DNA of 60,775 nucleotides, taken from Patescibacteria group bacterium. GTDB lineage: Bacteria > Patescibacteriota > Minisyncoccia > Phycocordibacterales > Phycocordibacteraceae. Under the pieces are notes generated by a model. The model was not told the DNA's origin. It ran no database searches and was given only the letters and a program-made list of their open reading frames with translations. Shown here one piece after another: positions 54,098-60,775 of this stretch. Made by a program: the position numbers and the translations under genes. The stretch is taken from positions 1 to 60,775 of the forward strand of contig JBBTXR010000007.1 in NCBI GenBank assembly GCA_038062175.1, given 5' to 3'. Each line of letters opens with the position of its first letter. The stretch's first letter is position 1.

Positions 54098-55315
54098 ATG
54101 AGCGAAGGATTTAATCCCAACCAGCGACCGTCAACGGCAGAAGTGCCTACGGCTGAGAAAGTCTCCTTATCGAATCAGCTTCCAGCTGAGTCACTCGATC
54201 TCGCGCTCGATAAGGATGCCTTTGAGTCTCATTTTGAAGCACAGCGCACGCTTTCCCCTGATGCGGAGGTACGTCTCTATCATGGACTAAATGGAAGTTA
54301 CGATGCGGCACTCGACTTACTCACCTCAGAGCACAAGGGTGTTGAAGAGCGGCGTGGACCAACTCTTTCCCTGACCCCGCTTGCTCAATACTGGAAGCCA
54401 GGTGATGTGGGTATTAGCTACGCAATTGCTCGACAACTTGTACAATTCCCTGGCGAAGATAATCCGAATGCAGTCGTGCGTCTGGATGCGAATAACGTAG
54501 CGCATATCCTTACGCCAGATAAGACGCTGCCGTTCACTGAATATCGCGGTGAGGTCATCCGTGCTCCAGAAACAGAGCCCGATCCAGAGAAAGAACGAGA
54601 GGTGTCTCGCCTACAGCAGAAGTATGACAAAATCCGCATAGAGGCGAGTTATATAAACGAACATATCGGCATCGATACAAAGCTAAGGATCGACGATCTC
54701 CTCGAAAAGGCTCGCGAACTCTTCAATGCCGTTTCTTCAACCCATGTCCGTGATGGTATTCATGACGGAGGCATGCCGCTGGGAAAGTTTAATTCATCTC
54801 GTATGCTGCAGCGCGAGCTTTCTGTAACAGGAGCACATGTCGAGGGAAAGAAATCGTTTGGTGATGAGGTGGAGCGCCTTCTCCCAAAAATTGAGGAATT
54901 GACCGATCGTATTAATCGGGCGCGAGGTGCAATCGATACCGAGATTGGAGAAATTGGAACCGAACAGCGAAACCTTAGCCAGCTCAAAACGCTCATTGAT
55001 AAACGGAATCCTCTTCAATCTGCATTTGGTCCCTCAAGAAAGAAGCTGCTGAGTAACCTGAATGAAACCTATCGCGGCTCTGATGAATCACTCAAGGCTG
55101 TACTTGTATGGGCTCAGACGAGCACTGAGCCATGGTCACAATTAAGTGATGCTATCGAAGCAAGGAAGAACGTGCTCGAAGGATCTCAAGCACGCTTGAT
55201 AGGGCGTAAGAATCTGTACGATCATGAACTCCTTACCTATACCGAGCTACAGAAACAGCTAGATAGTGTCCTTGAGATGGCTCGCAAGGCTCTGACGGCT
55301 ACTCAAGGTCGATAG
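54098..55315 (+). CDS. Hypothetical cytoplasmic protein (405 aa) with a coiled-coil C-terminal half
   Basis: Long ORF, visibly more AT-rich than its neighbours. No recognised domain. Its stop is 2 nt before the capA-like start. Confidence 0.6.
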   Translation: MSEGFNPNQRPSTAEVPTAEKVSLSNQLPAESLDLALDKDAFESHFEAQRTLSPDAEVRLYHGLNGSYDAALDLLTSEHKGVEERRGPTLSLTPLAQYWKPGDVGISYAIARQLVQFPGEDNPNAVVRLDANNVAHILTPDKTLPFTEYRGEVIRAPETEPDPEKEREVSRLQQKYDKIRIEASYINEHIGIDTKLRIDDLLEKARELFNAVSSTHVRDGIHDGGMPLGKFNSSRMLQRELSVTGAHVEGKKSFGDEVERLLPKIEELTDRINRARGAIDTEIGEIGTEQRNLSQLKTLIDKRNPLQSAFGPSRKKLLSNLNETYRGSDESLKAVLVWAQTSTEPWSQLSDAIEARKNVLEGSQARLIGRKNLYDHELLTYTELQKQLDSVLEMARKALTATQGR

Positions 55316-55317
55316 TT

Positions 55318-56268
55318 ATGAATCGTTTACTAGTATCTGGTACGCTAGTCTTCTTGATCGCCTTCAGCGCGGCCTTCGCCACGCTTGAATCGAGGGTGCC
55401 GGTATTCCGTACACTTTCCGGAAGCGCACAAACCTCCAACGAGAAAGCGACCGTGCTGTTTGTGGGCGACATGATGTTCGATCGACATATCCGTACCGTC
55501 CTCGAGCGTTCAAGTGACGAGGTTATTCTCGGAGAAGTACGCGAACTCCTTAGCGAAGCCGATATGAATGTAGGGAATCTCGAAGGACCCATCACCGATA
55601 ACCTGTCACAGTCACAGGGTAGTAAGGTTGGGGACATAACTAACATGCGCTTTACCTTTTCTCCCTCGGTGCGTGAGCTCCTAACTGAATATGGATTTGG
55701 ACTCGTATCGATTGGGAATAACCATATCCGGGACTTTGATACCGCAGGCGTGCGCTCAACCACGAGCTATCTCTCCTCAGCGGGTATTGCATATGTAGGA
55801 GATCCCACAGGAGCTAGTCCAGAACCGGTCGTTAAAGAAATTAACGGCGTGCGCATCGCCTTTGTCGCATACAGTGATTTTGTAGGAGGAGATGCAGAAC
55901 GCGCACGCAGAGCGATTAGCGAGAGTACTGCTGACGCGACGGTCGTACTTGCGCACTGGGGGAACGAATACGAAACCGAACCATCCGACCGCATACGCAC
56001 TCTTGCCGCATCATTTGTTTCTGCTGGTGCGGATCTGATCATCGGTTCGCACCCACATGTGATCGGGTCAGTTGAAGAAGTGGGTAGTGCACGCATGTAC
56101 TACTCGCTCGGTAACTTTGTATTTGATCAGTACTGGGAACCAAGCGTTAGATGTGGACTTGTGGTCAAAGCCACTTTCATTAAAGGGGAGGAGGGTACCC
56201 GTATCACCTACGAGGAAGAACAGGTGGGTATGAAAAACACGGGAGCAACCGTGCCGGGGTGCTCCTAA
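55318..56268 (+). CDS. CapA/PGA_cap-family metallophosphatase-like protein
   Basis: N-terminal TM, GDMMFDR, GNLEGP, IGNNHIRDF and HWGNEY motifs. Confidence 0.8.
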   Translation: MNRLLVSGTLVFLIAFSAAFATLESRVPVFRTLSGSAQTSNEKATVLFVGDMMFDRHIRTVLERSSDEVILGEVRELLSEADMNVGNLEGPITDNLSQSQGSKVGDITNMRFTFSPSVRELLTEYGFGLVSIGNNHIRDFDTAGVRSTTSYLSSAGIAYVGDPTGASPEPVVKEINGVRIAFVAYSDFVGGDAERARRAISESTADATVVLAHWGNEYETEPSDRIRTLAASFVSAGADLIIGSHPHVIGSVEEVGSARMYYSLGNFVFDQYWEPSVRCGLVVKATFIKGEEGTRITYEEEQVGMKNTGATVPGCS

Positions 56269-56404
56269 GCTCAGCATTACCTGCTGTTGATAGTGGTTTG
56301 TCGAGGGAGCCTATACTCAACCTCAGAGGGAAGATTTATCTAGCTCCTCTCTTTGACATCCTTCAGTGCATCAGGAACCGCCATGTGCGGGAAAGGGGAC
56401 TGTA

Positions 56405-56899
56405 ATGGGTTGGACAGACGAACGCGTTGAACTACTAAAGAAGCTTTGGCAAGACGGACTCTCAGGAGATCAGATCGCGAAGCAGCTCGGTGGCGTGACC
56501 AGAAACGCCGTCATCGGCAAGGTGCATCGCTTGGGGCTTTCGGGTCGTGCTACGCCCTCAAAGCCGCAGCGCACCACCTTCAAGGTTCCGCGGCCGCCAC
56601 GTCCGTTCTCGGCACCACCTGCAGGACCACGTCGTATCGCTGAGCCGGTATCGCACACACCCGCACCTTCCGTGCGCTACATTGACGAGTCTCCAGGAAC
56701 GGCAACGATTCTCACACTCGGCGCCCACATGTGCAAGTGGCCGATCGGAGACCCGGAGTTCGAAAACTTCACGTTCTGCGGGAGGGGGTGTGACGGTATA
56801 TACTGCGTCCCGCACGAGAATGTCGCGTACCAGCCTACACGGGCCAAGAAGAAGTCTGGCGCCGCTGAGCTCGCTCGCTCATTACGTCGCTACATCTAA
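56405..56899 (+). CDS. gcrA: GcrA-family cell-cycle regulator homolog
   Basis: MGWTDERVELLKKLWQDGLSGDQIAKQLGGVTRNAVIGKVHRLGLSGR is almost identical to alphaproteobacterial GcrA N-termini as I recall them. The C-terminal CKWPIGDP...FCG...YC..H...AYQP is also conserved. AGGGG lies 6 nt upstream. Confidence 0.85.
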   Translation: MGWTDERVELLKKLWQDGLSGDQIAKQLGGVTRNAVIGKVHRLGLSGRATPSKPQRTTFKVPRPPRPFSAPPAGPRRIAEPVSHTPAPSVRYIDESPGTATILTLGAHMCKWPIGDPEFENFTFCGRGCDGIYCVPHENVAYQPTRAKKKSGAAELARSLRRYI

Positions 56900-56924
56900 G
56901 GAACTGGGCGCTAGTCGTACTCTG

Positions 56925-57335
56925 CTACGATTGGCGCCCCTCCTCTTTTTCAAACGCAAGACAGGTCGAATTGATGCAGTACCGCTTACCGCCCGCTTCT
57001 GCAGGTCCGTCATTGAATACGTGTCCCAAGTGTCCGTTGCAGTTTTTGCAGTACACCTCGGTGCGGTGCATACCGTATGTGTCATCAGGACGCGTGCCTA
57101 CGTTCTCAGCAACAGCGGGATCGGTGAAGGAGGGCCAGCCCGTTCCTGAATCGAACTTCTGGTCGGAGGTAAACAGAAGGGCACCACAGCCCTTGCAGTG
57201 GTATTCGCCCTCTTCGTGATTATTTACATACTCGCCAGAAAACGGTGCCTCGGTCTGGTGTTCTCGCAGTATTCGGTATTCTTCGGGTGCGAGCTTTTGC
57301 TCCCACTCCTCCTCTGTTTTTGGCATCTCATCCAT
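56925..57335 (-). CDS. msrB: Peptide methionine-R-sulfoxide reductase
   Basis: Two CxxC zinc motifs (CKGCG, CKNCNGHLGH) and RYCINS. Confidence 0.95.
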   Translation of the reverse strand: MDEMPKTEEEWEQKLAPEEYRILREHQTEAPFSGEYVNNHEEGEYHCKGCGALLFTSDQKFDSGTGWPSFTDPAVAENVGTRPDDTYGMHRTEVYCKNCNGHLGHVFNDGPAEAGGKRYCINSTCLAFEKEEGRQS

Positions 57336-57391
57336 ACGAAACCAGTATACTCCCAGTTGCGTGAAGGATAGGAGAGGCTAGGATGTATTGT

Positions 57392-57853
57392 ATGCATACC
57401 CGTCGAGGGCTTCTCGTAGCACTTCTGGTCCTCACAATTCTAGGCATCATGGACGCCTGGTACCTCACGCAATCAGCACTGCAGGGTGCTGCACTTTTCT
57501 GTGACGTTGGAGCGATGCTTGATGGCTGCAACATTGTTGCGCAGAGTCCGTACTCGAAACTCTTCGGGGTACCACTTGCCGCATACGGTGTCGCATTCTA
57601 CGGCGTTCTTTTTGCACTCATTGCCGCTCTGTTTACTGCAACCCACCACCCCCTCTATCAGGCGGTGGTCGCGCTTGGGGTTGTTGGATTTATCGCTTCG
57701 ATCGCCTTCCTCTTTATTCAGTTCGTTCTCATCAAGGCACTCTGCATTTACTGCATTGCCTCAGCTGTTATCGCAGCTCTGATCTGCCTCCTTGCCCTCC
57801 GGCTGTTTAAAAAGCATGCCCCGGGGCGTCAACCCGCGACTGTGGTATCCTGA
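57392..57853 (+). CDS. Vitamin K epoxide reductase (VKOR) family protein
   Basis: 4 TM helices, loop cysteines CDVGAMLDGC and a TM4 CIYC motif. TAGGAT lies 7 nt upstream of ATG 57392; an alternative ATG is at 57383. Confidence 0.8.
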   Translation: MHTRRGLLVALLVLTILGIMDAWYLTQSALQGAALFCDVGAMLDGCNIVAQSPYSKLFGVPLAAYGVAFYGVLFALIAALFTATHHPLYQAVVALGVVGFIASIAFLFIQFVLIKALCIYCIASAVIAALICLLALRLFKKHAPGRQPATVVS

Positions 57854-57859
57854 CCGCAT

Positions 57860-59008
57860 ATGAAGGGAATCCTTGCTGGGCTTACCCTCCTTCTCCTTGT
57901 GCCCTCCATGGCGCTTGCCTCAACGGTGCGAACCGAGCGTACGCTGGTGGTCGCAGAACCCATTGCGGATAACGCATATCTCGCCGGAACGGACGTGAAT
58001 GTGGTAGCGGCTCTTGGAGGTGATCTTCTCTCGGTAGGAGGGACGCTTACCGTAAATGCGCCTATTGCAGGCGATGCCTTTCTTGCGGGCGGCACTATCG
58101 ATGTGAAGCGCCCAGTTGCCGGTGATGTCCGTGCTGCTGGTGGCCGCATCATTGTCGAAGACGATATTGAGGGAGATCTTGTGCTTGCCGGTGGCATCAT
58201 CGACGTGACAGGCACTGCCTCCTCAACGCAGATTGCCGGTGGAAACGTGCGGCTTGCAGGAGGAGCTGGTGGTCCCGTACTCATATACGGCGGCGAGGTG
58301 TTTCTTGCAGGAGAGTTCATGGGAGATGTTGAGGTATTTGCGTCTGACCGCCTCACGCTTGGAGAGGGAACCCACATACATGGCACGCTTAAATACAACG
58401 CACCGCAGCAAGTGGGCATTCCTACCAGTGCAGTTATCGACGGTGGGGTCGCATACACGGGTGGTTCCTCATACCTGCCTTCGGTCGAGGAGGCTAAGCG
58501 CTTTGCAATAGCGGGCGCCGGTGTCTTCTTTGTCGCAAGCGTACTTGCGACGGTGATTGCTGCGGGACTCCTCGCAGGGCTTTTCCCAGCGTTTGCGCAG
58601 CGCGTGACCGAGCGGGTCTTGTCACGCAGCCCACGACGCTTTGTGCTCCACGCGCTCCTTGGCTTTGCGATTGTAGTGGCAACTCCCGTCCTTATCCTCA
58701 TCCTCCTTCTCTCCTTTGTTGGTACGGTCGTGGCAATACTGCTTGCGCTTGCGTATTTCTTTCTCCTTATCCTCGGCTACCTCTATGCGGGTATTATCGC
58801 GGGTGCTGCACTTATGCGTGGACTGTTGAAGCGCTCTTCAGTCTCCTGGAGGTCGGCGGTGCTCGGCATGTTCGTGCTCTATCTCATCGGGGTCATTCCC
58901 GTACTAGGCAAGCTCGTAATTTTGATACTTGGTGCAGGCGCAATTGGCGCAATCGCAACCATCGCCTACCGTTTCACCTTCTCACGCAGTGACGAGCTAG
59001 AGGTATGA
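57860..59008 (+). CDS. Membrane protein with an extracytoplasmic bactofilin-like beta-helix repeat domain
   Basis: Signal peptide and ~10 degenerate repeats (AGDAFLAGGTIDV, AGDVRAAGGRIIV, EGDLVLAGGIIDV). 4-5 C-terminal TM helices. Confidence 0.6.
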   Translation: MKGILAGLTLLLLVPSMALASTVRTERTLVVAEPIADNAYLAGTDVNVVAALGGDLLSVGGTLTVNAPIAGDAFLAGGTIDVKRPVAGDVRAAGGRIIVEDDIEGDLVLAGGIIDVTGTASSTQIAGGNVRLAGGAGGPVLIYGGEVFLAGEFMGDVEVFASDRLTLGEGTHIHGTLKYNAPQQVGIPTSAVIDGGVAYTGGSSYLPSVEEAKRFAIAGAGVFFVASVLATVIAAGLLAGLFPAFAQRVTERVLSRSPRRFVLHALLGFAIVVATPVLILILLLSFVGTVVAILLALAYFFLLILGYLYAGIIAGAALMRGLLKRSSVSWRSAVLGMFVLYLIGVIPVLGKLVILILGAGAIGAIATIAYRFTFSRSDELEV

Positions 59009-59472
59009 TGCCAGCGATAGGGAAGAAGGCTCCAGAGTTTACGCTCCAGGATCAGGACGGTACCCCGCATGCGCTCAAAGACTATCGAGGCCGGTACGTC
59101 CTCCTTTATTTCTATCCAAAGGACGACACCCCAGGCTGCACCAAAGAAGCCTGTGCGCTTCGTGATGCTGATCCTGACTTTTCAAAGCTTGATGCCGTTG
59201 TGCTTGGAGTTTCGGCTGACTCAGTAAAGAGCCATAAGAAGTTTGCGGAGAAATATGAACTCAAGTTTCCGCTTCTCGCCGACGAAGACAAAAGTGTGGT
59301 GAATGCGTATGGGGTATGGGGTCCAAAGAAATTTATGGGCCGCGAATACGAGGGAATCTTCCGTAACTCCTTCCTCATAAATCCTGAAGGGAAGATCGCT
59401 AAGATATACGAGAAGGTAAAACCCGAGCAGCATGCAGCAGAAGTGCTCGCTGATCTCAAGATATTTTCATAG
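59005..59472 (+). CDS. bcp: Thiol peroxidase Bcp (peroxiredoxin)
   Basis: YFYPKDDTPGCTKEAC peroxidatic-Cys motif, 155 aa. Confidence 0.9.
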   Translation: MMPAIGKKAPEFTLQDQDGTPHALKDYRGRYVLLYFYPKDDTPGCTKEACALRDADPDFSKLDAVVLGVSADSVKSHKKFAEKYELKFPLLADEDKSVVNAYGVWGPKKFMGREYEGIFRNSFLINPEGKIAKIYEKVKPEQHAAEVLADLKIFS

Positions 59473-59473
59473 C

Positions 59474-60139
59474 ATGGAGAGTACGTTTGAAGAGCGCAAA
59501 GCGCGCATGGAGAAAATCGTTGCGTACTTGAAGAAAGAATACCCAGTCCCCAAATCAGAGCTCACCTACGAGACTCCATTCCAGTTCCTTGCCTCAGTAG
59601 TCTTGTCTGCACAGTGCACTGACAAGAAAGTGAATGCGGTTACCGGCACGCTTTGGATGAAGTACCGAACGGTGCATGATTTTGCGAACGCGGACCTCGC
59701 AACGTTCACCAGAGAACTCTCTTCGCTGACGTTCTTCCAAAACAAGGCCAAGCACATCATTGCTGCTGCGAAGCTGGTGAATGAGAAGTTTGGTGGGGAG
59801 GTGCCCAAGACCGCAAGCGAGTTAATTGAGCTACCGGGTGTTGCGTATAAGACCGCGCACGTGGTCCTGGGAGAATTATTTAGTGTCTGGGAAGGAATAC
59901 CAACCGACACCCATGTCAGACGTTTTGCGCTTCGGTTTGATCTGGTTGACTCAACTGACCTTACGAAAATCTCAAAGGAGCTCGAGGCGCTTGTTCCGAA
60001 AGAGGACTGGCGGTATGTGAATAACGGACTCGTCCTTTACGGTCGCTACGTGTGCTCCGCTATCCCGCATCCCTGCAAGGAGCACCCCTTGACCAAGCTC
60101 TGGCCTCCTGCCGCGAATGTGTGGCCGAGAGCGAAATAG
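59474..60139 (+). CDS. nth: Endonuclease III-family HhH DNA glycosylase
   Basis: HhH-GPD motif (LIELPGVAYKTAHVVL) and catalytic Asp region (TDTHVRR). Only two of the four usual C-terminal FeS cysteines are present. Confidence 0.8.
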   Translation: MESTFEERKARMEKIVAYLKKEYPVPKSELTYETPFQFLASVVLSAQCTDKKVNAVTGTLWMKYRTVHDFANADLATFTRELSSLTFFQNKAKHIIAAAKLVNEKFGGEVPKTASELIELPGVAYKTAHVVLGELFSVWEGIPTDTHVRRFALRFDLVDSTDLTKISKELEALVPKEDWRYVNNGLVLYGRYVCSAIPHPCKEHPLTKLWPPAANVWPRAK

Positions 60140-60180
60140 AGCACTTTTTCCTTTCCCCATAGAAGGGGTACGATTGGGGT

Positions 60181-60775
60181 ATGGAAAAGCCAAAGCCGGT
60201 CGCGGTCTTCGATATCGATGGCACACTCTTTCGCTCGTCTCTCCTCATCGAGCTTGTCGAGGAATTAATTGCTCGCAACATCTTCCCGCCCGAGGCGAGA
60301 CAGACCTACGAGGGAGCAGAAAGCGATTGGCTGAATCGGAAGGGGGAGTATGAGCCCTTTATCAAGAAAGTCGTACAGGCCTTCGGCAAGCATGCGAAGG
60401 GTGTGCCGTATGGTGACGTGGCAGATGTTGCTGGCGAGATCATCGAAGCAAAGCACGAGCGCGTGTATCGCTACACCCGAGATCTTTTAGACGAGCTTAA
60501 GGCTAAGGGATACTACCTGCTCGCCATCTCGCACTCTCCGAAATTCATCGTCGACGGATTTGCGTATGAACTCGGGTTTCATAAGTCCTATGGCACGTTC
60601 TACGAGACCGGGGCCACGGGTCGCTTCACGGGAACGATCGAAGACGAACATTTGATCATGAACAAGAGCGCAGTACTCAAGCGTGCGGTTGAGAAAGAGA
60701 ATCTCACCTTCAAGAACTCCTACGGTGTGGGTGACACCGAAAGTGATATCTCGATGCTCACCATGGTTGAGAATC
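60181..60775 (+). CDS. HAD-IB family hydrolase (phosphoserine-phosphatase-like), 3' end outside window
   Basis: Open frame to the window edge, so it is not in the ORF track. VAVFDIDGTLF motif I, ISHSP motif II and GVGDTESDISML motif IV. Confidence 0.7.
   Translation, partial: MEKPKPVAVFDIDGTLFRSSLLIELVEELIARNIFPPEARQTYEGAESDWLNRKGEYEPFIKKVVQAFGKHAKGVPYGDVADVAGEIIEAKHERVYRYTRDLLDELKAKGYYLLAISHSPKFIVDGFAYELGFHKSYGTFYETGATGRFTGTIEDEHLIMNKSAVLKRAVEKENLTFKNSYGVGDTESDISMLTMVEN

Noticed and set aside
57829-58701. 290-aa ORF antisense to the bactofilin-like repeat gene
   Set aside because: Pro/Ala/Ser/Thr/Arg-rich low-complexity translation that mirrors the GC-rich Gly/Ala/Asp repeats on the plus strand. 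It has no start-signal support.
1-60775. Search for mobile elements, prophage, CRISPR-Cas, restriction-modification or other known defence genes
   Set aside because: I recognised no integrase, transposase, recombinase, capsid, terminase, Cas, methyltransferase or nuclease signatures in any frame. The putative foreign genes therefore cannot be assigned to a defined mobile element from this window alone.

Overview
This is a gene-dense 60.8-kb chromosomal window read in the standard genetic code. I count about 75 protein genes and one tRNA-Gln(CUG). I recognised no rRNA, CRISPR array, transposase or integrase.

Housekeeping genes: ftsX (3' end), pyrG, mltG, typA, a DEAD-box helicase, a Pif1-like helicase, nth, msrA, msrB, bcp and DsbA/VKOR.

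Accessory modules sit among many small membrane proteins:
- A CsoR-controlled copper module (DUF305 / CsoR / DUF4396 / Met-rich DUF305).
- A seven-gene envelope operon at 6.7-15.3 kb. It combines WxL-like and DUF916/DUF3324-like surface proteins with one dockerin protein and two membrane-anchored cohesin proteins.
- A 1042-aa wall-binding beta-helix protein.
- A lexA / Y-family polymerase / alkB SOS cassette.
- An MFP-RND-CheY operon whose 3' end overlaps a convergent histidine kinase gene.
- A P-type ATPase.
- A thiol/methionine redox-repair neighbourhood.

Two window-wide signals stand out:
1. At least 19 genes have a TAnnnT -10 hexamer exactly 6-7 nt upstream of the start codon and no Shine-Dalgarno (SD) sequence, so they look leaderless.
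2. About eight genes carry a strong SD instead, and most of these look richer in CGG/GCC/CTG codons by eye. They are dapD plus a 117-aa partner, a GcrA homolog, an OmpR-type receiver stub, an HTH protein and three unknowns. They look like single-gene foreign insertions.

The gene content is monoderm-like, possibly Patescibacteria/CPR-like, but that taxonomic guess is low confidence. All homology calls come from motif recognition by eye, not from database searches.
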